DNA of 64,000 nt from Deltaproteobacteria bacterium (GTDB taxonomy: Bacteria > Desulfobacterota > Syntrophia > Syntrophales > JACQWR01): the NCBI GenBank assembly GCA_026388415.1, contig JAPLJV010000015.1, positions 45,344 through 109,343 on the forward strand, given 5' to 3'. Shown piece by piece: positions 54,700 through 64,000 of the stretch. Within the stretch, counting starts at the first letter, position 1; every line of letters begins with the position of its first letter. Below the pieces are notes generated by a model, which was not told where the DNA came from, did no database searches, and saw only the letters and a list, made by a program, of their open reading frames with translations. The position numbers and the translations under genes were made by a program.

Positions 54700-55734
54700 T
54701 TATTTTTTCTGATGAGTCTTAATGTAATCCTGACAGAATTTGAGCGACTCCTCACCGGGCAAGTTTTTGGCTTTCATTTCAGTCACATACCCACTCAGAA
54801 GGGGTTTCACGGCCTCGGCCCATCTGGCGTCTTCCTCTTTTGAGAGCGCAATCATCTTGACCCCTTTTTCAGTGATGAACTGTACCCCGATTTTATCGGT
54901 CGAATCCCAGAGGGCGCCGGTCTTCTCGAGATATTCCGCGCTCACCGTCTCGAATATCTTCTGGATATCAGGAGGCAGAGAGTTCCACTTGCTTTTGTTC
55001 ATCGCAACGAAAAACCCGGTCGAGTAGCTGGAACCATAGTTCAGGATGGTATATTTGATGACTTCTCCCCAACGGAAACCCTTGAGCGCCTGGATAGGAG
55101 CCATCGCGCCTTCGGCAACGCCGGTTCGGAGCGCATCATAGGTCTCGGGCATGGTGGTGCCGACAGGCGCCGCACCCAGGGCCAGAACGATCTTGGAGGC
55201 CAGCCCCGTGGACCGGATCTTCATGCCCTTGAGGTCTTCGAGGGTATGTACTTCCTTTTTGGTCATATGCACCAGCCCGGGACCATGGGCATGCACATAG
55301 AGCATCTTTACTTCGTCCAGTTCCTTGGGCATAAACTTCTTTACATAGGCATTAGCCATCCGCGTGGCCGTGACGCCGTCCTGGAGACCCAGGGGGAGGT
55401 CAATGACTGAGGTGAGGGGGAACTTGCCGCGCGTATAGGTAAAACAGCTCATACCGATGTCGGCGATCCCTTTCACCACTGCATCATAGATCTGGTCTGC
55501 CGGAGCCAAGCCGCCCGAGTGGAAGAAGGTAAATTTTACCCTGCCATTCGTCTGTTTCTCAATTTCCTTGCCCCAAGCCTCGATATTGCCGCTGTGCGGT
55601 TCAGGCGCCGGGAAAAAATTCGCATAGTTAAGTTTGATTACCTCTGGAGCCGCGTGGCCGGAAACGGGCAAAAAGATCACCCAACCGGTCAGAAAAGCGA
55701 ACAGAAAAAAACCAAGTACCAAATGTTTCCTCAT
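54700..55734 (-). CDS. dctP: TRAP transporter substrate-binding protein
   Basis: 344 aa with a signal peptide and DctP-family layout. First gene of the P-Q-M triplet. A GGGGGGCAC-c-GTGCCCCCC hairpin at 54641-54659 separates it from dctQ. Confidence 0.85.
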   Translation of the reverse strand: MRKHLVLGFFLFAFLTGWVIFLPVSGHAAPEVIKLNYANFFPAPEPHSGNIEAWGKEIEKQTNGRVKFTFFHSGGLAPADQIYDAVVKGIADIGMSCFTYTRGKFPLTSVIDLPLGLQDGVTATRMANAYVKKFMPKELDEVKMLYVHAHGPGLVHMTKKEVHTLEDLKGMKIRSTGLASKIVLALGAAPVGTTMPETYDALRTGVAEGAMAPIQALKGFRWGEVIKYTILNYGSSYSTGFFVAMNKSKWNSLPPDIQKIFETVSAEYLEKTGALWDSTDKIGVQFITEKGVKMIALSKEEDARWAEAVKPLLSGYVTEMKAKNLPGEESLKFCQDYIKTHQKK

Positions 55735-55870
55735 AAAAAGCCCCCTTTGTTAAAATGTGTGCGATGCAATAAATACCCTCTTTTTACTTTTCTTACTGTC
55801 CAACGTCTAAATAGACTATAATGTAATCTCAATGACCTTGCAAGCGGAAAAGTTACCCGGAATGCTAAAG

Positions 55871-55905
55871 AACCCCCGGGTAATTTCCGGGGGTTCTTTG
55901 AGTTA
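55871..55905 (-). terminator. Hairpin/terminator after the porin-like gene
   Basis: Gene-sense AAAGAACCCCCGG-AAATTA-CCCGGGGGTTCTTT. Confidence 0.5.
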
Positions 55906-55921
55906 AGATTGTTGCCGTGAA

Positions 55922-57433
55922 TTAGAATGCGTAGATGAATCTAAGCAAAAGCTTGTAAGCATTGTCGGCATCAAAAGTGGCTGTCTTGAAGTAATCACCA
56001 ATCTGCGCATAGGAGGCAACGCCGGAAATGGTCATGTTTGCATTAAATAGATACTTCAACTGGGCGTTATATTCCGCGCCCATGCCCTTGCCTTTCCTGG
56101 TCGTAAGATTCTGCTTGTCTGCCGAAGCATAGCCTGCCACGGCCTTCGCATTGAGTTTCGGGGTAATATTATAGTCATAAGCGAGATAGCCCAGTTGCAC
56201 GCCATCACCGTTATTGTTCACAGTGGGGACCATGAACGTGCTATTGGTGATGCCATCAGTATTGTTGATCAGGATTACCAAATCGGTTTGGTATAGCGGC
56301 ATGGACTGGGCGCCCGCATACATATCGCCCGGTATAAATCCGTTGTATTTGTCTGTACTGGTTGAGTCACCACCCTGCACATAAAGCAGGTTCCCCCGCA
56401 GATTGCCGCCGCCTACTTTCACATCAACCTTCGCATTAGCTGCAAAAGCGGAAATCTTCACATCGTCTGTCCTATCAAGAACATCGGGCACGAGATAGGT
56501 GCGGGCATTCTTAAAGTTGCCGAAGTTGTAGGCGCCCATCAGATAGTAGCTTATATTGCCCGCCTTGCCGCCATAGTTTAAACCGGCATAATAAATCTGC
56601 GCACTTTCGTAGGCAGCCTTTAGTAATGTTGTTCCTGCGGTGGAGGTATCTGTAGTCGTCAGTGGTCGCGTTCCGCGATCGTTATATCCAGGAAAGGCGG
56701 TGTTTATGACGGCCACGTTTGTGGTGTTTTGACTATAATAGGGTACATAATTCGAATTATCCTGGATCATGTAGAGGAACAGCGACGCAGTGCCGCTGCC
56801 TAACTGCTGCTTCACCGTCAGGGGGACGAAATAGACGCCATCGGTTTTCGACTGGGTAGGATCCCAAAAGGTGAACACACCCGTTGCAAAGGAGGAGGTC
56901 TTGGACAGGGCATAGTCGGCCCGGAACCCGGCCATATCGCCGCCGCCGATAAAGATGCCGGAAATATCATCCGCCCAAGTCTGGATGCCGGCCTTCACCC
57001 TCAGAGCACCGGCCTGGAACCACATAAAGGATTCCTTGAGCTCTAAATTGGTGCTGTCGGCCCCCAGACCGCCGCCCGCACCCCGCCATGCGATACTGGA
57101 ATAGGAAGTCTGGCCCCAACGGGAATCTATTTCCAGATGCACCGTGCCGCCGACGTTCTCATCGGATTTTACGTTGAAGATCAGCCTGGCCCGCTGTTCA
57201 ACCCAGTAATTCTGAACGGCTGGTTTTCCTGTTCCACTAGTAGGTAACCCTTGATTAGCTAAACTACCAACCCCGGGAAGATAATCCGGGATCGTGCCCG
57301 ATGGTGAATAACCCATGTTAGTCATTTCCGGATACACCCGGAACGAGCCCTTCAGTTCCATTGTGGTCGCAGCCGAAGCGACGCCGCTCATTAAAAATAC
57401 CGCTAATACTACCAATATTAACTTTTTCATCAA
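55922..57433 (-). CDS. Outer-membrane beta-barrel (porin-like) protein
   Basis: Signal peptide MMKKLILVVLAVFLMSGVASA, alternating Gly/Tyr-rich strand pattern, and a C-terminal ..RFIYAF aromatic end. Confidence 0.7.
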   Translation of the reverse strand: MMKKLILVVLAVFLMSGVASAATTMELKGSFRVYPEMTNMGYSPSGTIPDYLPGVGSLANQGLPTSGTGKPAVQNYWVEQRARLIFNVKSDENVGGTVHLEIDSRWGQTSYSSIAWRGAGGGLGADSTNLELKESFMWFQAGALRVKAGIQTWADDISGIFIGGGDMAGFRADYALSKTSSFATGVFTFWDPTQSKTDGVYFVPLTVKQQLGSGTASLFLYMIQDNSNYVPYYSQNTTNVAVINTAFPGYNDRGTRPLTTTDTSTAGTTLLKAAYESAQIYYAGLNYGGKAGNISYYLMGAYNFGNFKNARTYLVPDVLDRTDDVKISAFAANAKVDVKVGGGNLRGNLLYVQGGDSTSTDKYNGFIPGDMYAGAQSMPLYQTDLVILINNTDGITNSTFMVPTVNNNGDGVQLGYLAYDYNITPKLNAKAVAGYASADKQNLTTRKGKGMGAEYNAQLKYLFNANMTISGVASYAQIGDYFKTATFDADNAYKLLLRFIYAF

Positions 57434-57587
57434 TGCCCTCCTTCTCCTTCGTCCTTAGTTAAGCAGTTAATGTTCCTTGGGGCCGGGCTTTTTACCGCCT
57501 CAGACCATCACCCCACCCTTGGCCAAGACGTTTTATGTTTCTTTGACGGCTCCATATCAGATAGAATATCCATTTGTCAATAAAAAT

Positions 57588-59198
57588 TTATTTCCCGCCG
57601 CCGGGCGCGTTCTGCCCGTTACTATAGATAAAAATTTTGCCTTCCTTATTTTCCGTCACCGCGGTTACATAAATTTTCCCGTTCTTCTTATCCACGGCTA
57701 CATCCGACAAGTACCCATCCATCATCTCTGACAGGGCAGCTTCCCGGTAATTTGTTTCGTCAAATTTCAGATAAGCCACTTGCCCCCGTTCAAAGTTTCT
57801 GTAACGGGAAAACAGTCGGCTCCCTTCGTTTTTCAGCACCAGGATGGCATCCGTATCCCCGTCTTCAACCCTGATGATGCGCTGGTAAAGGGGGAAAGAT
57901 ATTTTTTCCATCAAGCTGTCGAGGCCCTTTTGAATGGCCCGCACCGAACCGCCATAGCGCTCCACCAGACGCTCCACCACCTTGCCTTTTTCGTCCATAA
58001 TTTTCAGGTAATCGCCTTCGTCAAAAAAGGCGAGCCTATTATTATTGCCGCGATACTTGATGGGCTGGATCTGATACAGGTTGAGGAAGGCCTTAAATTC
58101 AAACGGGGACTTGGCGGTCAGGCCCGCCATCTTGCTGTATCCCAGGCGATAAATATCGCCGTCAAAAGCCTTGTCCATGCCCATTTTCTGCCCCAGCAGC
58201 AGTTCGCCTTCGACGGGATGGTTTATGGCCCGGACATACCAGTCGGCTTCAGTCTGCCGCTGGAGCTGGCCGCCGGCCGTCCCCGCGAGAACAACCGTCA
58301 CGGCATCATCGGCACGCAGGGCCGTCGCATATATTTCATCCTGGCCGTTTTTATCAAAATCGCCGCAGTTGAGGGATAATATATCGTAGCTTTTCAGGAG
58401 GAAAGTGCTGAGCAGCGTCAGCCGGACGTCGTCAATCCGGTAAACATACAGGGTGTTATTGCCTCCTGTCACGAGTTCTTTTTTCCCGTCGCCGTCAATA
58501 TCGGCGAGGCAAATACCCGCTGTCGGCGGAAAATGGATCCCAACGGCCTTCAGCATCTGGAAGGCCTTGGCGCCGCCGACTTTCGTGGCTACAGGGGCCG
58601 GTAGATCCTTGCCGACCGGGGCATCAACACCCGCCGCTTGCGGTTTGGCTTCCGCCCCACTAATGATCGCCGCTACCTGTTTGGAAAGCTCTTCCACGGC
58701 CGAGAAAAGCTTGCTTTCCTTATCCATGGACACGTAGATTGCCTTAAAATCGGCGGCGCCTTTTTTCAAAATCTTGACATCTACGGAAAAGGCCTCGCCC
58801 ATCTTGGTGTAAGCGCCCGTGACGAGGTATTGATAATCAGTCGTTTCCATGATTTTTCTCGCCTGGGCGAGCTCATCCTTGTTTTCCAGGCCTTTTAACG
58901 CCTCCCGGAAGGCATCCTTCCCCACAATCTCTTTGGCAGCGTATGGGAGGCGGCTGTAGAGCATTTGCGGCAACGCATCTTTCATGTACTGGAGTTCCGG
59001 GGGGCCAAACACTGTAAAAGGCGCGATGCCGATTTTATCCTGCGCGAGGGCAGGAGAAACCAGGACGGGGGAAAAAAGAGCGGCGGCAAGCAGGCAAAGG
59101 GCGGCCAGAAAAAGTTGTCGGCATTTACCGCTGCCGACTGCCCGGACACCCGTCGCCAATATTTTTCCCCCCTCTAAACACTTATTGACCATTCTCAA
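57588..59198 (-). CDS. Exported protein with an LpoB/CsgG-like N-domain and FG-GAP/VCBS repeats
   Basis: Motifs DIDGDGKKELV and GDFDKNGQDEIY, with an N-terminal IGIAPFTVFGP...YLVTGAYTKMG. It overlaps the upstream acyl-CoA ligase gene by 4 nt. Confidence 0.65.
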   Translation of the reverse strand: MRMVNKCLEGGKILATGVRAVGSGKCRQLFLAALCLLAAALFSPVLVSPALAQDKIGIAPFTVFGPPELQYMKDALPQMLYSRLPYAAKEIVGKDAFREALKGLENKDELAQARKIMETTDYQYLVTGAYTKMGEAFSVDVKILKKGAADFKAIYVSMDKESKLFSAVEELSKQVAAIISGAEAKPQAAGVDAPVGKDLPAPVATKVGGAKAFQMLKAVGIHFPPTAGICLADIDGDGKKELVTGGNNTLYVYRIDDVRLTLLSTFLLKSYDILSLNCGDFDKNGQDEIYATALRADDAVTVVLAGTAGGQLQRQTEADWYVRAINHPVEGELLLGQKMGMDKAFDGDIYRLGYSKMAGLTAKSPFEFKAFLNLYQIQPIKYRGNNNRLAFFDEGDYLKIMDEKGKVVERLVERYGGSVRAIQKGLDSLMEKISFPLYQRIIRVEDGDTDAILVLKNEGSRLFSRYRNFERGQVAYLKFDETNYREAALSEMMDGYLSDVAVDKKNGKIYVTAVTENKEGKIFIYSNGQNAPGGGK

Positions 59199-60796
59199 CC
59201 CCCCTTTTTCTTAAATTCCTTCTCCAATTCCTCTTGTGCGGGTTTTACATACATGTCTCTCAATTTTGGTTTTTCGATCTTTCCCGCCGGGTTGCGCGGT
59301 ATGGTCGTATAGATCATCTTCTCCGGCCACTTGTATTTGGCCATATCCGTTTCCTTGACAAAATTGACAACTTCTTCATCGGTAACGGCCTGGCCTTCCC
59401 TTAGCTGAATAATGGCCATGACGATCTCTCCCAATCTGGCATGCGGATAACCAAGCACTGCCACATCCTGGATCTTGGGATGTTTGCGCAACGCATCTTC
59501 TATCTCGGCGGGGAAGATATTTTCGCCGCCCCTGATGATGAGGTCTTTTGCCCTGTCCGCGAAGAAGAAGTAACCTTCTTCATCCTTGTAAGCCAGGTCG
59601 CCGGTATGCAGCCAGCCGTCGGTTATCGTTTTGGCGGTCAATTCCGGATTAAAGGCATATTCCTTCATCAGACGCGCCCCCTTCAGGAGAAACTCGCCAA
59701 CATCTCCCGGAGGCAACTCTTCCCCTTTATCATTCACGACCTTGGCCTCCATCATCACGGTAGCTTTGCCGATGGAACCGGGCTTTCTCAGGATGTCTTC
59801 GTCATAACAATTCATGGTGCCGCCGCCGCCGCCTTCAGTAATGCCATAGATGTTGCTGATGCGCAGATTCGGGAAGATCTTCTTCGAATCCGCAAGGATG
59901 ATGTAAGGAACAGGCTGGGCGCCGATTTCTATGTGCTGCAGAGCGGAAAGATCATAGTTTTTCAAATCCACCTGACCTGACTTTATGGCATTAAGAACGT
60001 CCGACCACGTCGGGACCGTATTCCAGCCGCCGGTGCATTTTTCATCCGCCATGGTCCTCAGATAGAATTCTGGTTTTAGTTCCATAGCCATGAGTATCTT
60101 GCCGGCGGCTATGTAACTGGGAAATGACAGAAAGAGGGAACCACTGTGATAAAACGGATGCGGCGCGAGATAGACGCTATTGTAACCCTCATTATAGGTG
60201 AGGGCATTCCCGATGCCGATGTTGAGCAATGTCTTGTGGGCGTGGCAAACAGGTTTTGGCGCCCCGGTAGTGCCGGAGGTAAACATGAGCTCCGCCATAT
60301 CGTCATCGGCCGTTTCCACACAGATTTCCTGCGGGTTGCCCGTTTCCACAATCTCCTGATACGACTTCATACCGGCCGGTACATTATCGCCGAGGCAGAT
60401 ATAATGCTTGCAATAATCCATTTCTTTCATAATAGGCTGCACTTTTGGTACAAAACCCTCGCCAAGGATCAGAACCTTGCATTTTGAGACATCCGCGGCA
60501 TATTTGATATCGCCGCTGGCAAAGCGGAAGTTAAGCGGCGTTACCGCCGCGCCTGTTTTTAAAATCGCCATGAAGCTGGGATGCCACTCCATGCAATTCA
60601 TCATGAGATGGACAACGATGTCTCCCTTCTTCACGCCGCATTCCTTTATCAAATAATTTGCCAGTTTATTTGCCTGATCATTATACTGCTCCCACGTAAG
60701 GCTCCGCCGCAATCCTTTGGACGGATAACTCTCAATGATAAACTCTCTCTTGGGATATTTACTTGCGTTAAGCCCGGAAAACATTGCAAAATTCAT
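59195..60796 (-). CDS. AMP-dependent acyl-CoA ligase
   Basis: Motifs FTSGTTGAPKP, GWLHTGD and GKIEKPKLR. 533 aa. Confidence 0.85.
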   Translation of the reverse strand: MNFAMFSGLNASKYPKREFIIESYPSKGLRRSLTWEQYNDQANKLANYLIKECGVKKGDIVVHLMMNCMEWHPSFMAILKTGAAVTPLNFRFASGDIKYAADVSKCKVLILGEGFVPKVQPIMKEMDYCKHYICLGDNVPAGMKSYQEIVETGNPQEICVETADDDMAELMFTSGTTGAPKPVCHAHKTLLNIGIGNALTYNEGYNSVYLAPHPFYHSGSLFLSFPSYIAAGKILMAMELKPEFYLRTMADEKCTGGWNTVPTWSDVLNAIKSGQVDLKNYDLSALQHIEIGAQPVPYIILADSKKIFPNLRISNIYGITEGGGGGTMNCYDEDILRKPGSIGKATVMMEAKVVNDKGEELPPGDVGEFLLKGARLMKEYAFNPELTAKTITDGWLHTGDLAYKDEEGYFFFADRAKDLIIRGGENIFPAEIEDALRKHPKIQDVAVLGYPHARLGEIVMAIIQLREGQAVTDEEVVNFVKETDMAKYKWPEKMIYTTIPRNPAGKIEKPKLRDMYVKPAQEELEKEFKKKGG

Positions 60797-60944
60797 AAAA
60801 CAGCCTCCTTCTACTTTTATTATTTAGAGCATTGATTTCAAACACGGCTCATGATAAACGAAATATATTTCTATGTCAACATTAAACTATCCCAGCGAAG
60901 ATTTCCTAAAGAAGAGAGCTTTAAATTTCTACCTTATGTTTTCA

Positions 60945-61005
60945 CCCCGGCGAACGCCGGGGTCCAGAAGGTATTGGAAAACTGGATACCGGCTTTCGCC
61001 GGTAT
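60945..61005. repeat. Third type of short palindromic element pair
   Basis: CCCCGGCG-AA-CGCCGGGG at 60945-60962 and ATACCGGC-TTTC-GCCGGTAT at 60986-61005. Read as protein these give ..PANAGVQ..IPAFAGMT.., a string I recognise as a common artefactual translation of REP-like repeats. Confidence 0.45.
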
Positions 61006-61090
61006 GACGATTTTTCGAGTTTCGGCAGAAATTCAAACCAGGTCTCTCTTATACGAAAGGCTATTCTTAAAAAACATTTCAGTTGAACGG

Positions 61091-61885
61091 TTACTCGGAG
61101 AGCAGGGCCCGGTCGTTTTCAAAGCCGTGATGACGAAGTTCATGAAACTTTTGGACCAGCTTTTCGACCGTCAGCTCCTGTTTGGCGTCACCGGACACAT
61201 CAAAAATAATCCCCCCCTGGTCCATCATCAGCAGACGGTTGCCGTACTCGATGGCGTGGCTCATGTTGTGGGTGATCATCATGGATGTGAGATGGTATTC
61301 TTTGACAAAGGTGTTCGTTAGTTCCAGCACGATCCCTGCATTTTTGGGGTCCAGCGCGGCGGTGTGCTCATCCAGCAATATCAGTGAGGGCTTCGATAAA
61401 ACCATCATTAGCAGGGTCAACGCCTGACGCTGCCCCCCCGAAAACATGAGCAGATTTTCCTTCATGCGGTTCTCCAGCCCCATCTTCAGTTGAACCAGTT
61501 CTGACTGGAAGTACTCCTTCATCTTGTTATTCAGACTCCGTTTCAGCCACTTGAACCCCTTGCGGTAGGTGATCATCATGTTGTCTGCCAGACTCATGTT
61601 GGAGGCGGTGCCGAGAAGCGGGTTTTGAAAGATCCTGCCGATATATTGAGCCCGTTTGTATTCCGGTTCGCGGGTTATGTTGCGCCCCTTCAGATGGATG
61701 GTGCCGACTGTAGGGGTAATCGTTCCGGCGATCAGGTTGAAAAGGGTTGATTTTCCTGCGCCGTTACTGCCGATGATGGTGATGAAATCGCCTTCCTTGA
61801 CGTTCAGGTTGATGTCCTGTAAAGCCTTGTTTTCGTTCACCGTGCCTTGATTGAAAATAACGGAAGCATCCTTGATCGCTATCAT
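61091..61885 (-). CDS. ABC transporter ATP-binding protein (COG1101-type)
   Basis: Walker A GSNGAGKST, signature FSGGQRQAL and Walker B LILLDEHTAALD. Confidence 0.88.
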   Translation of the reverse strand: MIAIKDASVIFNQGTVNENKALQDINLNVKEGDFITIIGSNGAGKSTLFNLIAGTITPTVGTIHLKGRNITREPEYKRAQYIGRIFQNPLLGTASNMSLADNMMITYRKGFKWLKRSLNNKMKEYFQSELVQLKMGLENRMKENLLMFSGGQRQALTLLMMVLSKPSLILLDEHTAALDPKNAGIVLELTNTFVKEYHLTSMMITHNMSHAIEYGNRLLMMDQGGIIFDVSGDAKQELTVEKLVQKFHELRHHGFENDRALLSE

Positions 61886-62790
61886 TTCCGCACCATCGCT
61901 TTGAGCGTCGCCATATTGAGCTTTCTGGACTGGGTCACAATAAGCAGGATAATAATCAGCAGACCCTTGATCAGATTGAGGTCATTGGGGGTCATATGAA
62001 TGACGTATCCGTAATAACGCCCCACGTACATGACGGCATGGAACAGGATGGAACCGGCCAGCGCACAGAGTGTCAGTACGGCGATGCGGTTGCTTTTCAT
62101 GATCAGAAACTCGCCGATCATGACTGAAGCCAGACCGGAGATGATGATCCCCTGGCCGAGTCCCACGTCGGCAAAGCCGAGATACTGTGCTGCAAAGGCG
62201 CCCGATACGGCAACCAGGCCGTTGGAGAGTCCGAGACCAATAGTTTTCAAGGTTTTGGGGTTTATCCCTTGGCAGATAATCATCTGCTCATTGTTCCCCA
62301 TCGCCCCTATGGTCATGCCGAGGTCAGTGCGGAAAAAGAGATCAATCAGCAGCTTGACCACCAGAGCCACAATAACGAAAAAGAGCATCAGGATATATTC
62401 ATCCGGAATAGTGCCTGATAACCGGCTGGAAATATCCGACAGGATGGTTTTCTGATCAATTATCGGAACATTGGCGCGGTTACCGAGAATACGGATATTG
62501 ATTGAGTACAGCATGGTCATGGTCAGGATGCCGGCCAGCAGATTGGGAACCTTGAGGTGGTTATGGATCAGCGCGGTGACGATGCCGGCAATCACGCCGC
62601 CGATAAAGGCTACCAGCAACGCCAGCCATCCATTAACGCCGAGCAGAAGGCACTGCACCATCAGTGCCGCCCCGAGCGGGAATGAGCCATCAACGGTCAG
62701 ATCGGGGAAATCCAGCACCCTGAAGGTGATAAACACCCCCAGTACCATAATCCCGTAGATCAGGCCTTCGACCAGAATTCCTTCAATCAT
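61882..62790 (-). CDS. ABC transporter permease (COG4120-type)
   Basis: 302 aa, polytopic, with an ATGA overlap to the ATPase gene. Confidence 0.8.
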   Translation of the reverse strand: MIEGILVEGLIYGIMVLGVFITFRVLDFPDLTVDGSFPLGAALMVQCLLLGVNGWLALLVAFIGGVIAGIVTALIHNHLKVPNLLAGILTMTMLYSINIRILGNRANVPIIDQKTILSDISSRLSGTIPDEYILMLFFVIVALVVKLLIDLFFRTDLGMTIGAMGNNEQMIICQGINPKTLKTIGLGLSNGLVAVSGAFAAQYLGFADVGLGQGIIISGLASVMIGEFLIMKSNRIAVLTLCALAGSILFHAVMYVGRYYGYVIHMTPNDLNLIKGLLIIILLIVTQSRKLNMATLKAMVRK

Positions 62791-62866
62791 GATAAAACCG
62801 TTTCACCCTGCCAGGGGTGGGAGTAGTTCCCGGCAACCACCGCCGTTGCCGGGCGATGGAGACTAT

Positions 62867-63859
62867 TTATTTATTGATCAGCTTGCTGTTTTCTATAATT
62901 TTGTTGGCACTCTTCACAATATCCTTCGGGATCGTCAAGCCGAGCTTTTTGGCAACATCCAGATTGATCAGCAGATCTACATCCGATGTTTTGGTCATAA
63001 AACGGGTCGGCATTTGTTCCGCTTTTTTGCCGTCGAGAATTTCGATAATCATTTCTCCGGTAACCCGGCCCATTTTGTAATAATCAAAGCCCCAAGCGGC
63101 CAGTATCGGGTATTTCTCCGCTGAACTTGGATCAGCTGACATGATCGGAACCCTGTTTTTGTTGGCGACTTCCGCAATGGCACTTAAAGCTGATACTACG
63201 GTGTTGTCGGTGCTGATATAGAGTGCATCCACCCGCTTGATAATTGCCTGAACAGCCTGCTTTACCTCGGCCGATTTGGAAACGGTTGTCTCGACATATT
63301 CAAGTCCCAACTCCTTGCAGGCCTGCTTGACGACACCGGCCAGCACGACAGCGTTTTCCTCGGAACTGGTGTAGATATGGCCAAGGCGTTTGATCTTCTT
63401 GATCTTGAGCAGCAGTTCAATCTGCTGTTTCACGGGGGTCATATCGGATACGCCGGTGACCGGTTTGGTGGCGCCTTTCAGTGACGGTACCAGACCGGCT
63501 TTTACCGGATCGGTTACCGCCGAGAACACGATCGGGATTCCTTTCAGGGTGTTGACCAGCGACTGGGAAGTCGGCGTGGCAATACCAACGGCAAGGGTCA
63601 CCTTTTCCGACTGGAACTTGTTGGCGATCGAGGCGGCTGTGCCGATATCGCCATTGGCGTTCTGCAGATCAAAAGTGGCGTTAATTCTTGCGGCCGCCAA
63701 CTGGTCCTGGATACCTTTTTCAACGGCGTCCAGAGCCGGATGGGCAACGATTTTGGATACGCCGATAACGATCGGTTGGGATGGGGTGGCTGCGAATACC
63801 GATGCAACCGGCACTATGGCACTCAATACCAACGCGATAACCATACTCAATTTGCTCAT
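62867..63859 (-). CDS. ABC transporter substrate-binding protein (COG2984/ABC_sub_bind-type)
   Basis: Signal peptide MSKLSMVIALVLSAIVPVASVFA, with IGVSKIVAHPALDAV and the usual family layout. I prefer the ATG at 63859 (GGAGG SD). Confidence 0.8.
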   Translation of the reverse strand: MSKLSMVIALVLSAIVPVASVFAATPSQPIVIGVSKIVAHPALDAVEKGIQDQLAAARINATFDLQNANGDIGTAASIANKFQSEKVTLAVGIATPTSQSLVNTLKGIPIVFSAVTDPVKAGLVPSLKGATKPVTGVSDMTPVKQQIELLLKIKKIKRLGHIYTSSEENAVVLAGVVKQACKELGLEYVETTVSKSAEVKQAVQAIIKRVDALYISTDNTVVSALSAIAEVANKNRVPIMSADPSSAEKYPILAAWGFDYYKMGRVTGEMIIEILDGKKAEQMPTRFMTKTSDVDLLINLDVAKKLGLTIPKDIVKSANKIIENSKLINK

Positions 63860-64000
63860 CTGAAGCCTCCAGGTTAATTTATTTTGACAAAACATTGTTT
63901 TTGACGCCCGGAGTGTAAGCATAACGGACTTGTGTGTCAAGGAGATATTGGACAGCGAATTGCCTCAAATAAAATGTTACCGAAAGAGTGACTAAAAAAG

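Noticed and set aside
55740-55800. Sigma54 promoter upstream of dctP (GGTATTTATTGCA)
   Set aside because: Only 8 nt separate the GG and GC dinucleotides, whereas the consensus requires 10.

Overview
A 64-kb, mid-GC chromosomal segment that is almost entirely housekeeping, with about 90% of genes on the minus strand. Gene content suggests an anaerobic deltaproteobacterium-type organism, possibly Syntrophales-like. That assignment is inference only.

Gene content in window order:
- a partial Ig-domain lipoprotein and a Sel1-repeat protein
- type IV pilus genes pilMNOPQ
- ftsB
- the ilvB-ilvN-ilvC-ilvD cluster with a candidate leader-peptide attenuator
- a PilZ protein
- the minor-pilin operon fimT-pilV-pilW-pilX
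- a TlpA/CcdA/FmdE cluster
- an acyl-CoA synthetase
- a plus-strand pair: a cytoplasmic molybdopterin oxidoreductase and a large aconitase-family hydratase
- sbcCD
- a complex-I-like operon: nuoA-B-CD-H-I-J-K, an extra antiporter-like subunit, an 82-aa protein, then nuoL-like, nuoM and nuoN, with no nuoEFG
- engB, RNase P RNA, a COG1579 zinc-ribbon protein and a tRNA-CAU
- rpoD and dnaG
- a HIT protein, hisA, a lipoprotein, hisB, hisG and hisI
- a PaaI thioesterase and a TRAP transporter
- a porin-like protein, an FG-GAP protein and an acyl-CoA ligase
- a COG2984-type ABC transporter

I found no transposase, integrase, prophage, CRISPR array, toxin-antitoxin pair or recognisable defence island. 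I cannot honestly point to a new multi-gene system of that kind.

The signals not explained by ordinary annotation are:
1. A modular multi-hairpin repeat family with 5 copies. Four copies sit directly at gene 5' ends, and the terminus appears to supply the SD and GTG start of dnaG and engB.
2. An out-of-register pilM/pilN junction.
3. A perfect 45-nt tandem duplication carrying 13-bp-stem palindromes in the leader of the Mo-enzyme/hydratase pair.
4. The unusual composition of the nuo operon.
5. A composite sigma54, sigma70 and CRP-like control region upstream of the minor pilins.
6. A strongly divergent region 4.2 in RpoD.

All functional calls come from motif recognition by eye. No database search was possible.
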